DNA of 50,926 bases from positions 1-50,926 of the forward strand of contig JBBRAE010000021.1 of assembly GCA_038207085.1 (NCBI GenBank), given 5' to 3'. The notes under the pieces are model-generated. The model had not been told where the DNA came from. It ran no database searches and saw only the letters and a list, made by a program, of their open reading frames with translations. Both the position numbers and the translations under genes were made by a program. Positions 18,475 to 29,016 of this stretch are shown piece by piece. This DNA comes from Armatimonadota bacterium (GTDB lineage Bacteria; Armatimonadota; UBA5829; DTLH01). The stretch's first letter is position 1; every line of letters begins with the position of its first letter.

Positions 18475-20826
18475 ATGAAATACGGCCATTTTGACGACCC
18501 AAACCGGGCTTACGTGATCACCGACCCGATCCCGCCCCGCCCCTGGATCAACTATCTGACAAACAGACGGCTTTCCGCATTTGTCAGCCAAAACGCGGGC
18601 GGGCTCTTGTGGCACCATGAGCCGCTTTCAAGGCGCGTGACGCGCTATCACTACATCCCAGCGCCGCAGGACAGGCCGGGGTTCTATCTCTATGTTAAAG
18701 ACCGAACTCACGGCACGCTCTGGAACCCTCATTTTGCACCGACATGCACCGAGCTTGACCGCTACGAGTGCATCCACAAACCGGGAGAGACCGGGTTTGT
18801 CGCCGAAAAAGACGGTGTGCGCGTACACGTGAACTATTTCATCCCCTGGCAGGATGATGTGATGGTCTGGCAGGTCAAGGTCGAGAACATCGGCAGCTCA
18901 CCCGTCGACCTTCAGATATCAAGTTACCTGGAGTTTGGGCTACTCGAATTCCTTCGGGAGACGCTTGCTTGGGCGTATCTCAAAAACCACTGCGCGTTTG
19001 CCTACGACGAGGCGAGCCAATCCATCAGATACGACTACCACGTTTTCGAGGCGCCGTACACCCCCAGAATGGCCTTTGGGTGCACCGCCGATAATGCTGG
19101 GTTTGAGTGCTCAAGGGAAGTCTTTGTCGGTCAGACGGGCTCACTTGAGCGGCCTGCCGCGCTTGCCCCGGATGCAAAGCTCTCGAACTCGGTGCTTCCG
19201 CTGGGCGGACACGGCTGTGGTGTTATCGGGGTGGACATGGCTCTTGCGCCGAGTGAGTACCGCGAGTTTGCCTACCGATTCGCCATAGCAGACACCTGGG
19301 AGGAGGTCGACTCGCTCTTTGCCAAATACTCAGACGCGGCCTCCGTCGAGCAGTCGCTAAAGAACAGCTCGGAAACTTGGACAGAGATGTTCAACACCAC
19401 GCAATGCTCCACAGGCGACGCGACTGTGGACAGGTTCATCAACACATGGAACCCGCTAAATAGCATCGTCACTTTGCAGTTTGCCAGGATCATATCCACC
19501 GATCACGTTGGGATGGACCGACTCCGCTACCGGGACACTACCCAGGACGCGCTTGGCGTCGCAAACATCGATCCCGACTTTGCCAAAGAGAAAATGCACC
19601 TCGTTTTCAAGCAACAGACACCGGACGGCGGCGGGTGCTTCAGCTTCTCTGAGTTTGAGCCACACGCTCCGCAGGACGATCCACACCGCTCCGACAACGG
19701 GGTCTGGCAGATCTACACCGTAAACAACATCCTCGCGGAAACCGGCGATATGTCGTTTCTCGATGAGGTTATTCCCTACCGCAATGGAAGCCTGGGCACT
19801 GTCTACGACCATACACTGCGGGGCCTGAAGCACATCTTCGACCGCCGCGGTCCAAACGGCCTGCCTACACTCTTCTACGCCGACTGGAACGACAGTCTCG
19901 CGGTATTCCAGGACGAAGCATCAGAAAGCGTTATGCTCGGAATGCAGATGGTCTACTCGGCCAAAGAGTTCCGTGACCTCGCCCTGCGGCTCGGCAACCA
20001 CGACGACGTGGCGTGGTGCGACAAAGTTGTTCAAGAACTCACACTAATATTAAACTCGCCCAAGTCCTGGGACGGTGAGTGGTACAGGAGACTTCTGCTC
20101 TCAAACGGTAAACACCTCGGAGGCGCAGGCTGCCGCCAGGGGTCGATCTATCTGAACCCACAGTCTTGGGCGGTTATCTCAGGCGTTGGGGACGTTGAGG
20201 GTCACGGACAGAAAGCGATGGACTCTGCTGAGCGGCTTCTTGATTCGGACTGCGGGCTCGTTCTCCTCGCGCCGCCGTATACAGGCATTCCAGAACCCGA
20301 GGATCCGCTGCTTGGGTCGAGCCCCGGGACCAACGAAAACGGCAGCATATTCTGCCACGCAAACACCTGGGCGATCATCGCTGACTGCATGCTCGGAAAC
20401 GCAGAGCGTGCGTTCAAATACTACCGGCAGATGCTCCCTGAAGTTGTGGCGTCAAAAGTCGGGGACGATCACTACGCACGCGAACCTTACGCTTACGCGT
20501 CTTCGATCGTCGGCCCGGCAAGCGACAGGTTCGGCGAGGCTGGGATCAGTTGGCTTACGGGAACCGCGAGCTGGATGTATATCGCGGGGACGCACTATCT
20601 GCTCGGGATACGACCGACGCTCGATGGGCTTTCTATCAAGCCCTGCCTGCCCGAATCGATGGGAAAGGTACGGGTGACGAGGCGCTTTAGGGGATGCACC
20701 TACGATATCACAATAGATAACAAGAGGCGCGGTGCAGTGACGCTTGAGCTTGACGGAAAAGCAATCGATGGGACGGTCATCCCGCCCGTGATCGCTTCGA
20801 GCGCTACTGTCATCTGCAGGTGCTAA
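18475..20826 (+). CDS. GH94 glycoside phosphorylase (cellobiose/chitobiose phosphorylase-like)
   Basis: MKYGHFDD, PWINYL, RYRDTTQD, ADWND, ENGSIFCHANTW, SWLTGTASW. Confidence 0.92.
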   Translation: MKYGHFDDPNRAYVITDPIPPRPWINYLTNRRLSAFVSQNAGGLLWHHEPLSRRVTRYHYIPAPQDRPGFYLYVKDRTHGTLWNPHFAPTCTELDRYECIHKPGETGFVAEKDGVRVHVNYFIPWQDDVMVWQVKVENIGSSPVDLQISSYLEFGLLEFLRETLAWAYLKNHCAFAYDEASQSIRYDYHVFEAPYTPRMAFGCTADNAGFECSREVFVGQTGSLERPAALAPDAKLSNSVLPLGGHGCGVIGVDMALAPSEYREFAYRFAIADTWEEVDSLFAKYSDAASVEQSLKNSSETWTEMFNTTQCSTGDATVDRFINTWNPLNSIVTLQFARIISTDHVGMDRLRYRDTTQDALGVANIDPDFAKEKMHLVFKQQTPDGGGCFSFSEFEPHAPQDDPHRSDNGVWQIYTVNNILAETGDMSFLDEVIPYRNGSLGTVYDHTLRGLKHIFDRRGPNGLPTLFYADWNDSLAVFQDEASESVMLGMQMVYSAKEFRDLALRLGNHDDVAWCDKVVQELTLILNSPKSWDGEWYRRLLLSNGKHLGGAGCRQGSIYLNPQSWAVISGVGDVEGHGQKAMDSAERLLDSDCGLVLLAPPYTGIPEPEDPLLGSSPGTNENGSIFCHANTWAIIADCMLGNAERAFKYYRQMLPEVVASKVGDDHYAREPYAYASSIVGPASDRFGEAGISWLTGTASWMYIAGTHYLLGIRPTLDGLSIKPCLPESMGKVRVTRRFRGCTYDITIDNKRRGAVTLELDGKAIDGTVIPPVIASSATVICRC

Positions 20827-20834
20827 AAGCAAAT

Positions 20835-20861
20835 GGGGACGGCGAGCGTGTCGTCGTCCCC
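20835..20861. terminator. GC-rich hairpin between convergent genes
   Basis: GGGGACGGCGA-GCGTG-TCGTCGTCCCC. Confidence 0.5.
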
Positions 20862-20870
20862 TGTAAAACA

Positions 20871-21533
20871 CTAGTCCCAGTCGAAGGATGAAATCCCTTC
20901 TATAGCGGCGAGCCTCTGAGTAACCGTCGAAACGTCAAGTCCGTGCGGGAAATACATCCGAAGCCTGACCTCAAGTCCTACACCTTGATGAGCACCCTCA
21001 GTGTGGACGCCCTCGACGTTGACGCCAAGCTCGGCCAGTTGCCCAAGAACCTCCGCCACCCCGAACTTTCCGGTCGACAGTTTCAGCCAAAGGTCGCGTG
21101 TGCGGCGGCCATCGAGAAGACTGCGCTCGATTGGGTTGATCAAGCTCAGCGTCAGGAAAGTGATGATCGCCGCGATGACGCCGACGTAGATCAATATGCC
21201 TCCGGCGCCGGCGGCCATGCCTATCGCAGCCGTAGTCCAAAGACTTGCAGCCGTAGTCAAACCACGGACGACACTCCCCTGACGGATGATCGTTCCCGCA
21301 CCGAGAAAACCGATGCCGCTTACGATCTGGCTCGCGATTCGCGACTTATCAGCGTCCGTCCCACCAAACTGCGCGCTTAAAATAGTGAATAGCGCCGCGC
21401 CAAGCGACACGAGAATATGCGTGCGCAAGCCAGCAGGCCGCCCATGCGTTTCCCGCTCAATGCCGATCAGCGCTCCAAGGCCCACGGCGAGTATCATCTT
21501 CAGGAACATCATCAGAACGCCGTTTGGATCCAT
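20871..21533 (-). CDS. MgtC/SapB family protein
   Basis: IGIERE, AGLRTH, RIASQIVSGIGFLGAG, GLTTAASLW. Confidence 0.93.
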   Translation of the reverse strand: MDPNGVLMMFLKMILAVGLGALIGIERETHGRPAGLRTHILVSLGAALFTILSAQFGGTDADKSRIASQIVSGIGFLGAGTIIRQGSVVRGLTTAASLWTTAAIGMAAGAGGILIYVGVIAAIITFLTLSLINPIERSLLDGRRTRDLWLKLSTGKFGVAEVLGQLAELGVNVEGVHTEGAHQGVGLEVRLRMYFPHGLDVSTVTQRLAAIEGISSFDWD

Positions 21534-21536
21534 AAA

Positions 21537-23291
21537 CTACTTTCTCGCAGCGTTCATAGAAACATGGTCCGCCGCATCGAAATACTTCCGCTTCTCGGCC
21601 TCGACAACCGCTACGACCTCGGCGGTCGCCTGATCGATCGATAGCTCCCTGCCCTGTTTGTCGCTTCGCAGCCGCATCTCGATCTTGCCCTCTGAGGCAA
21701 GCCTGCCAACTACGATCTGAACAGGTATACCGAGCAGGTCAGCGTCCTTGAACTTGACGCCGGAGCGCTCATCGCGTTCGTCGAGCAGAACATCTACGCC
21801 CTTCTCCTGAAGCTCTTCATACACCCGCACAGCAGCCTCGGCCTGAGCCTCGTCCTCAGGGTTGAGAAGCAGCACGACCGCATCAAAAGGCGCGATGGAG
21901 ATCGGCCAGATCAGCCCGTCCTTGTCGTGATTAGCCTCGGAGATCGCCGCAAGCATTCGGGATACTCCAAGGCCGTAGCAGCCCATGATAAAGTGCTTCG
22001 CCTGGCCGTCCTCATCAAGGAACGTCGCGTCCATCGCTTCCGAGTACCTTGTGCCAAGCTTGAAGATGTGACCGACCTCGATGCCGCGCGTCCCGATCAT
22101 CGTGCCTTCGCAGTGAGAGCACGCGTCGCCTTCGCTTGCGACTCGGATATCGGCCCAATCGTTTACCGTAAAGTCTCGATCGAGGTTCACATTCACATGG
22201 TGCGCATCGGTCTTGTTAGCGCCGGTGATGAAGTTGGCGAGCGTCTTGACCTCGTGATCGGCGACAATTCTGACGCCTTTCAGCCCAACCGGACCAGCGA
22301 AACCTACATCAGCGCCGGTGAGCTTGATGATCGTCTCAGCGTCGGCCATCTCAAGCGTCCCGATCTCAAGCAGGCGCTTCATCTTGGCTTCGTTAAGTTC
22401 CCGATCGCCTCGGACGAGCGCCGCCAGCGGCTTGCCATCGGCAACGTAGAGCAGCGTCTTCACGAGCTTGTTCGGCTTGGCCTTGAGGAACGCCGCCACC
22501 TGCTCGATCGTTCGAACGTCGGGCGTGTTAAGCGTGGTGAGCGGCTTCTGCGCGTCAGAGGAAGGCTCATAGCCACGGTTTCCGATCTCGCAGCGCTCGG
22601 CGTTTGCCGCATAGCCGCACTTGTCGCATCGCAGGACCATATCTTCGCCTGCGTCTGCGAGCACCATAAACTCCTGGTTGTCCTTGCCGCCGATCGCGCC
22701 CGATTCGGCCTCCACCATCACAAAGTCCGCGCCCATCCGCGAAAACGAGCGGCCGAAGGCGGTCTGCATCTTCTTATAGGAGATATCGAGCCCTTCCCAG
22801 CTGCGGTCGAACGTGTAGGAGTCGAGCATGATGAACTCGCGCCCACGGATCACGCCGCCGCGGGGCCTTGGCTCGTCCCTGAACTTGGTCTGAATCTGAT
22901 AGAGGTTAATCGGAAGCTCTTTATAGCTTCGAACGTCACGGCGAACGAGGTCTGTTACGACCTCCTCGTGCGTCATCCCAAGCCCGTGCCAGCGTCCTCC
23001 CCGGTCCTGAAGCTTGAAGAGCACGTCGACGTTCCATCGCCCCGTTTCCTGCCAAAGCTCCTCCGGCAAGAGCGCGGGCATCAGAATCTCCTGACCACCC
23101 GCCGCGTCAGTCTCTTCCCGAATGATCTTCTCGACCTTCTTCAGCACCTTAAAGCCAAGCGGCAAGTAGGAGTAAATCCCCGCCGCGGTCTTTCTGATAA
23201 ACCCGGCGCGAAGTAGTAACCGATGGCTCGCAAGCTCCGCATCGGCGGGAACTTCTCTAAGTGTTGGAATGAACAGTTGTGATGCTCTCAT
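21537..23291 (-). CDS. proS: Proline--tRNA ligase (bacterial type with INS editing domain)
   Basis: SHRLLLRAGF, THEE, FRDEPRPR, GIEVGHIFKLG, MGCYGLG. Confidence 0.97.
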   Translation of the reverse strand: MRASQLFIPTLREVPADAELASHRLLLRAGFIRKTAAGIYSYLPLGFKVLKKVEKIIREETDAAGGQEILMPALLPEELWQETGRWNVDVLFKLQDRGGRWHGLGMTHEEVVTDLVRRDVRSYKELPINLYQIQTKFRDEPRPRGGVIRGREFIMLDSYTFDRSWEGLDISYKKMQTAFGRSFSRMGADFVMVEAESGAIGGKDNQEFMVLADAGEDMVLRCDKCGYAANAERCEIGNRGYEPSSDAQKPLTTLNTPDVRTIEQVAAFLKAKPNKLVKTLLYVADGKPLAALVRGDRELNEAKMKRLLEIGTLEMADAETIIKLTGADVGFAGPVGLKGVRIVADHEVKTLANFITGANKTDAHHVNVNLDRDFTVNDWADIRVASEGDACSHCEGTMIGTRGIEVGHIFKLGTRYSEAMDATFLDEDGQAKHFIMGCYGLGVSRMLAAISEANHDKDGLIWPISIAPFDAVVLLLNPEDEAQAEAAVRVYEELQEKGVDVLLDERDERSGVKFKDADLLGIPVQIVVGRLASEGKIEMRLRSDKQGRELSIDQATAEVVAVVEAEKRKYFDAADHVSMNAARK

Positions 23292-23294
23292 ATA

Positions 23295-23326
23295 AGCTTT
23301 TAGCTATCAGCTGTTAGCTGTTAGCC
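23295..23326. repeat. Degenerate heptamer tandem repeat
   Basis: AGCTTTT AGCTATC AGCTGTT AGCTGTT AGCC. Confidence 0.7.
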
Positions 23327-23404
23327 ATGATCCTCCCGATCGTAGGTATGAAAAATCTAACGCCGCAGGTTATGCGACGCGAATAGCATTGAAAGGCGGC
23401 ACGA

Positions 23405-23648
23405 CTACCGCATCGAATCTTGGAACAGAAGGGCGAACTTCGGCGAGATAAAGAGTATCGTCACATCAAATAGAACCGTACAAGAGAGGATGAACACCAT
23501 TACTCCCCACCAGACTCGCCTTGGCTGATCGTGCCTGAGTCCTCTTCGGCACTGTACCAACATCGCGGTGGCAAAGGCCAGCATCACTGCTGGCAACACC
23601 CACGACTGCGGTCAATACTACACACCAGACAAAGTATCTCTTGCTCAT
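23405..23648 (-). pseudogene. Probable frameshifted small membrane protein
   Basis: Hydrophobic start (MSKRYFVWCVVLTAVVG) in one frame and hydrophobic continuation (AVMLAFATAML...VWWGVMVFIL) in another. Confidence 0.4.
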
Positions 23649-23658
23649 TTCGTTCCCC

Positions 23659-24051
23659 CTAAACGATCAGCTTGTCCACCCACTCCACAACGACCGTCGC
23701 CAACTCAACCGCTTCCCGATGATCTTCCGCACTCACATCGCCGTGCAGACTAGGATAGCGCAGTTGGGCAGCGTACTTGGTTAGCCTTGCGGCAGAGTTT
23801 TGTTCATCAGGCCAGTCTACGCCTGATTCTTGCACAACGGCGATCAGAACTGAGAGATTGTGAGTATACGGAAACTGAACACCACGCTCGACCAAAACTG
23901 CCTTGATCGCCTTTTCTGCTGTCTGCTGTGCGTGAAAGCACAAAGACTCCAGCATAACACCCTCAATGAGCGTCTTTGCGAGTTTCAGGTCACTTCGAGC
24001 ATGTCTCATCCAGTCCTGAGGACTCCCGAGATCAGGCACTTCAGTGGACAT
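23659..24051 (-). CDS. HEPN domain protein
   Basis: CFHAQQTAEKAIKA, YTHNL, RYP. Confidence 0.9.
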   Translation of the reverse strand: MSTEVPDLGSPQDWMRHARSDLKLAKTLIEGVMLESLCFHAQQTAEKAIKAVLVERGVQFPYTHNLSVLIAVVQESGVDWPDEQNSAARLTKYAAQLRYPSLHGDVSAEDHREAVELATVVVEWVDKLIV

Positions 24052-24364
24052 AGATATCGCGTCCCTCTCTCAGCGCCGGATAGTACACCAGGCTAAAATT
24101 GTCCCCGTACCGAGTCAAATCGTCCTCAGTCGCAACGATGACATCAACAGGAAGCGAGTAACCAATGAGCTTACGGTAGATATCACCGGTAATATCTCTG
24201 CACTTCAAATCTTCATCAATGACCACGAGCACATCAATATCGCTGTTTTCGTGCATCTCGCCGCGAGCAGCGGAGCCAAACAAAATCACCCTTACAGGCT
24301 CCACTACGTCCCGAACTCGTCTTATCAATTCATCCTGCAAAGTCTGATCGAAAGTTGTTGCCAT
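24041..24364 (-). CDS. Minimal nucleotidyltransferase (MNT)
   Basis: ILFGSAARGEMHENSDIDVLV (GSx10DxD); overlaps the HEPN gene. Confidence 0.9.
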   Translation of the reverse strand: MATTFDQTLQDELIRRVRDVVEPVRVILFGSAARGEMHENSDIDVLVVIDEDLKCRDITGDIYRKLIGYSLPVDVIVATEDDLTRYGDNFSLVYYPALREGRDIYVH

Positions 24365-24393
24365 CTTCAACCCTCCACATTGCATACGGGCGA

Positions 24394-24849
24394 TCAAATA
24401 TCCCTGACAAGCGCCTCTTCCCCGCAGTCCGGGAACTTCGGGCAGTGGATGCACTCCGACCAGATTTTGTGAGGAAGCTCGCTCTTGTCGACGTGCGTGA
24501 ACCCGGCTTTCTCGAAGAAACCCGGCTTGTAGGTGAGTGCGAAAAGCTTTGGGACTCGAAGCTCACGGGCGTCGCTCATGCAGTGGTCGAGGAGCATCTT
24601 GCCGACACCCTTTCCCTGGCACTCATCAGCGACCACGAGTGCCTTTATCTCAGCAAGATTCGCCCAACTTACGTGCAGCGCACAGCTTCCGACAATCCTG
24701 TCGCCATCGATGACGATATAAAAGTCCCGGATGTTCTCGTAGAGGTCGTTAAGCGACCTCGGGAGCAGATCACCCCGGTCCGCAAAGCTATTTATGAGCT
24801 TCTGCAGCTCTTTCACGTCGTCAATACGCGCTTTTCTAATCGTGTACAA
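24394..24849 (-). CDS. GNAT acetyltransferase (short ArgA-like)
   Basis: LLPRSLNDLYENIRDF, LPHKIWSECIHCPKFPDC. Confidence 0.88.
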   Translation of the reverse strand: MYTIRKARIDDVKELQKLINSFADRGDLLPRSLNDLYENIRDFYIVIDGDRIVGSCALHVSWANLAEIKALVVADECQGKGVGKMLLDHCMSDARELRVPKLFALTYKPGFFEKAGFTHVDKSELPHKIWSECIHCPKFPDCGEEALVRDI

Positions 24850-25891
24850 TTCGCTCTATCTCTTTCATCAGTTCATCGACGAGTCTGTCTTCCGTGACTT
24901 TCCGGGTCACCTCGCCGTGCGCGAACACAAGGCCTGCACCCGCACCGCCAGCGATTCCGACATCGGCCATCTTCGCCTCACCCGGACCGTTTACGACGCA
25001 GCCCATAACGGCCACCTTGAGCGGCCTCGCGGGAGGGTTCGCGACAAGCCTTCTTCGCACCTCGGAGGCTATCGCCTCAAGGTCGATCCCGCAGCGCCCG
25101 CAGGTGGGGCACGAAACAATCGTAAACGCCCGCTCGCGCATATCGAGCGCGGTCAGTATCTCAAGCCCGACGTTTATTTCCTCGACGGGGTCGCCGGTGA
25201 GCGACACCCGAACGGTGTCCCCTATTCCTTCGGCAAGCATCGCGCCGATTCCTACCGCCGAGCGTATTGTTCCTTCCCAGGGCAGGCCTGACTCGGTGAT
25301 CCCCAGATGCAAGGGATAATCGGTCAGAGCGGCGACTTTTCGATATGCCTCGACGGTGAGCGGCACGTCAAAGGCCTTGAGCGAGATCACAATGTCACCA
25401 AAATCAAGCTCTTCGAGAATCTTGACCTGGTCAAGCACACTTGCCACGAGCGAATCAGCATTCGGATCCCCGTAGCGCTCTCGGTCGATGGAGCCGACGT
25501 TGCCGCCGATCCTGATCGGCACACCGCGCTCTTTGGCGGCACGCGCCACAGCCTCCACGCGATCACGAGAGCCGATATTGCCGGGGTTGATCCGAAGCTT
25601 GTCGACTCCAGCCTCGAGAGCCGTGAGCGCAAGACGGTAATCGAAATGGATATCGGCGACAAGCGGAATCTTGATCGCCCGCTTGATCGCACACAAAGCC
25701 CCGGCGGCCTCATTGTCAGGAACAGCTACACGAATGATATCGCAACCCGCGTCGATGAGCTTCTCGATCTGCGCGACGGTAGCCCTAACGTCCCGCGTGT
25801 CGGTATTGGTCATCGACTGAATCGACACAGGCGCGCCACCGCCAATGGTTACTCCGCCGACGTTTACCGCCCTTGAAACTCGTCTTATCAT
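24836..25891 (-). CDS. ispG: HMBPP synthase
   Basis: QSMTNTDT, ADIHF, RINPGN, SCPTCGRC, MGCVVNGPGE. Confidence 0.97.
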   Translation of the reverse strand: MIRRVSRAVNVGGVTIGGGAPVSIQSMTNTDTRDVRATVAQIEKLIDAGCDIIRVAVPDNEAAGALCAIKRAIKIPLVADIHFDYRLALTALEAGVDKLRINPGNIGSRDRVEAVARAAKERGVPIRIGGNVGSIDRERYGDPNADSLVASVLDQVKILEELDFGDIVISLKAFDVPLTVEAYRKVAALTDYPLHLGITESGLPWEGTIRSAVGIGAMLAEGIGDTVRVSLTGDPVEEINVGLEILTALDMRERAFTIVSCPTCGRCGIDLEAIASEVRRRLVANPPARPLKVAVMGCVVNGPGEAKMADVGIAGGAGAGLVFAHGEVTRKVTEDRLVDELMKEIERIVHD

Positions 25892-25894
25892 AGA

Positions 25895-26962
25895 CTAGCC
25901 CATCTTGCCCGCGAGAATGCGAACCGAGTCGTAGTAGACCAGGAACACCGCAAGGAAGAGCAAGAGCGCCATGCCGACCATCTGGATCGCATACCAGCTC
26001 TCGGGAGCCAGCCGCTTGCCGCGGATCTTCTCGATCAGGAGGTACATCAGGTGCCCGCCATCAAGCACCGGCAGCGGCAGCAGGTTAAGAATCCCGAGCA
26101 TCAGCGAGAGCATCGCAAGCTCCACAAACACCGCGCGCGGGCCGCTCTGCACAGTCTGATGCGTCATATAGCCGATCGCCACGATCCCGCCGACGTCCTG
26201 GGTGATCTGCTTGCTGAACAGGCGCGATAACATCATCCCAACAAAACCAACAGTCTCTTTGGTCCCGCGCCCAATCGATTCGACCACTCCGACGTGCTCC
26301 ATCTCAGGCATCAGCGCAATCCCCAAGAGCCATACCTTCTCTTTGGCGCCCATGCGCTCTCCGAGCTTTGGAGCAGTCTTGACGGCGACAGTTTTGCCGT
26401 CGCGCTGGAGTTGAATCGCCAAGGTCTTGCCGCCGCTTGCACCCGTCAGTTTTTGCACATCCAGGCCGTTCCTGGTTGCGCTTCCGTCAATCGCGACGAT
26501 TCTATCGCCTTCCTGCAGTTTGGCAACAGCTGCGGGAGAACCTTTGGCGACTGCGGCAACCTCATTGGTCGCCCGATCGGACGGAAAGCCCCACGCAAAG
26601 CCGATAAGGAGAAAAACGACGTATCCGAGCAGCAGGCTCATCACCGGCCCGGCGAGGATCACAAGCGAGCGCTTGTAGATCGGTTTGGTGTTAAACCCAC
26701 CTTCAATCGACTCGCTTTCGCCCGGGTCCATCCCCGCTATTCGAACGAAGCCGCCGAGCGGCACCAAACGGATATTGTACTCAGTGCCATCTCGCTTGAA
26801 CAGGCGAGCGAGTATCGGGCCAAAACCAAAGGCGAACTCGTGCACCTTCATGCCAGCCCAGCGAGCGACCGCAAAGTGCCCGAGTTCGTGGATAATCACC
26901 AACACTCCGAGCAATGCGGCAAACACAACTGCTGTCTTAAGAATGAGCAGAATTTGCTCCAA
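25895..26962 (-). CDS. rseP: Site-2 protease RseP (M50 plus PDZ)
   Basis: HELGH and NLLPLPVLDGG. Confidence 0.95.
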   Translation of the reverse strand: MEQILLILKTAVVFAALLGVLVIIHELGHFAVARWAGMKVHEFAFGFGPILARLFKRDGTEYNIRLVPLGGFVRIAGMDPGESESIEGGFNTKPIYKRSLVILAGPVMSLLLGYVVFLLIGFAWGFPSDRATNEVAAVAKGSPAAVAKLQEGDRIVAIDGSATRNGLDVQKLTGASGGKTLAIQLQRDGKTVAVKTAPKLGERMGAKEKVWLLGIALMPEMEHVGVVESIGRGTKETVGFVGMMLSRLFSKQITQDVGGIVAIGYMTHQTVQSGPRAVFVELAMLSLMLGILNLLPLPVLDGGHLMYLLIEKIRGKRLAPESWYAIQMVGMALLLFLAVFLVYYDSVRILAGKMG

Positions 26963-28120
26963 TTAACTTCCTCCCGCAAGACTCACGGTCAGTTCGCGCG
27001 CCCAAACATCTGCCGCTTGAATATCATCGAGCGTTGGATGCAGAACGGAGGTATGAGCCTCCATTGCGCGCCTGACGAGCCCCGCAATATCGAAAAAACC
27101 TATCTTTTCATCAAGAAACAGACCAACAGCGACCTCATCGGCCGCGTTCATAACCGCCGGCATCGTGCCGCCGATCTTGGCTGCGTCACGAGCGATCCCA
27201 AGCGCCGGAAAACGGTCATAGTCCGGTGCGCTGAACTCAAGCTTTCCGACTTTCAGTATATCGAGCCTCGGCAGCTTCGAGTCAAAACGCTCGGGATAAA
27301 GCAGCGCATATTGAATCGGCAGTCGCATATCAGGTAGCCCGAGCTGAGCGATGATCGAAGCATCGGTGAACCGGATCATCGAGTGGACGATGCTCCCGGG
27401 ATGAATCACGACCTCAATATCTGATGCATCGACTCCAAACAGCCAGCGAGCCTCTATGATCTCAAGGCCCTTGTTCATAAGAGTCGCAGAGTCAACCGTT
27501 ACCTTCTTACCCATCTTCCATGTAGGATGGTCGAGCGCCTGCGCAGGGGTCACCGCGCGCATCTCATCAAGCGTGGCATGCTTAAACGGCCCGCCCGAAG
27601 CCGTCAGATATATCTTATCTACGGAATTTTTCGTCTCACCGTTCAAACACTGAAAAATGGCCGAGTGTTCGCTGTCTATAGGAACGATCTTGACTCCGCG
27701 CTCTTCGGCTCTTTGCATGACTATCTCGCCCGCACAGACCAGAACTTCTTTACTGGCAAGAGCGATCTCTTTTCCGGCGTCGATAGCTGCGAGTGTAGGC
27801 ATCAGCCCAGGAGTCCCGGCGACTGACACTACGACCTTGTCGGCCTCAGAAAGAGTCGCAGCGGCAAGCCAGCCCTCAGCTCCACAGACGATCTCGAAGC
27901 GCTCACTGCCAAGCTCTTCTCGAAGCTCAGGGAGCCGCTTCTCGTCACCGAGGCAGACCAATTTCGGACGAAACGCCTTCGCCTGTTCAGCAAGCAACCT
28001 GACGTTGGAATACGCGGCAAGCGCGACGACTTCGATCTTCTCCGGAAGCCGTTCAACAACGTCCAACACCTGTGTGCCTATCGAACCAGTAGAACCAAGA
28101 ACTGAAACTTTATTGGTCAT
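26963..28120 (-). CDS. dxr: 1-deoxy-D-xylulose-5-phosphate reductoisomerase
   Basis: LGSTGSIG, PIDSEHSAIFQ, HPTWKMG. Confidence 0.97.
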   Translation of the reverse strand: MTNKVSVLGSTGSIGTQVLDVVERLPEKIEVVALAAYSNVRLLAEQAKAFRPKLVCLGDEKRLPELREELGSERFEIVCGAEGWLAAATLSEADKVVVSVAGTPGLMPTLAAIDAGKEIALASKEVLVCAGEIVMQRAEERGVKIVPIDSEHSAIFQCLNGETKNSVDKIYLTASGGPFKHATLDEMRAVTPAQALDHPTWKMGKKVTVDSATLMNKGLEIIEARWLFGVDASDIEVVIHPGSIVHSMIRFTDASIIAQLGLPDMRLPIQYALLYPERFDSKLPRLDILKVGKLEFSAPDYDRFPALGIARDAAKIGGTMPAVMNAADEVAVGLFLDEKIGFFDIAGLVRRAMEAHTSVLHPTLDDIQAADVWARELTVSLAGGS

Positions 28121-28177
28121 TGTATCTTTCGCCACAACCGAGGGAGTTACCAGTCCCCAGTCTGTATCCCCCAACCC

Positions 28178-28912
28178 CTATTTCTTCACCTGATCAGCAG
28201 TCTTTCCAAACTTACGCGTTCGTTTCTGGTAGTCCAAAATGGCTTTGGCGAGATCATCTTCGCCGAAATCCGGCCAAAGAACGTCCGTTACATGAATCTC
28301 GCTGTAGGCGATCTCCCACAATAGAAAATTGCTGATCCTCATCTCACCCGCTGTTCTGATCAACAGATCTGGGTCCGGAATCTCAGGAGAGTATAGGTAT
28401 TTACCAAAAACTTGTTCATCTATGGACTCGGGATCGAGCTCACCGGACGCCACAAGCCGGGCGATCTTCTTTGTGGTGTCGATGATCTCCCGACGGCCAC
28501 CGTAGTTGATTGCAAGATTAAGCGTGAGCGACGTGTTGTCGGCTGTAAGCACTCGGTCTCTGTCCAGTTCCACCTTGACCGGATCCGGCAGCTCGCCAAA
28601 GACGCCGCTTATGGTGATGCGCACGTCTTTCTCATGGAGATCTGCGAGCTCTTTTCGCGCGGCCTCGGCGATCAACGCCATAATGGCGTCAGTCTCTTCT
28701 TTGGGGCGACGCCAGTTCTCGGTCGAGAACGTGTAGAGGGTCAGATACTTGATCCCGTAATCGAGCGATGCTTCTACGATCGGCCGCACTCGCTTGTAAC
28801 CAGCGCGGTGACCTTCGGTGCGTTCCAAGCCGCGACCTGTGGCCCACCGGCCGTTGCCGTCCATAACAATCGCCACGTGACGCGGCACTCTGTCCATTTC
28901 TATTTCATACAT
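28178..28912 (-). CDS. uppS: Undecaprenyl diphosphate synthase
   Basis: MDGNGRWA, FSTENWRRP, RTAGEMRISNFLLW. Confidence 0.97.
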   Translation of the reverse strand: MYEIEMDRVPRHVAIVMDGNGRWATGRGLERTEGHRAGYKRVRPIVEASLDYGIKYLTLYTFSTENWRRPKEETDAIMALIAEAARKELADLHEKDVRITISGVFGELPDPVKVELDRDRVLTADNTSLTLNLAINYGGRREIIDTTKKIARLVASGELDPESIDEQVFGKYLYSPEIPDPDLLIRTAGEMRISNFLLWEIAYSEIHVTDVLWPDFGEDDLAKAILDYQKRTRKFGKTADQVKK

Positions 28913-29016
28913 GTCTTAATGTACCAAAGGGGCTACGGGCCAAAAGCTGACAACCGGCAAAACCGGCCCCCGGCCTCTAACCCCCAGCCCCATTATTTAT
29001 CGTATATAACGCTGTT

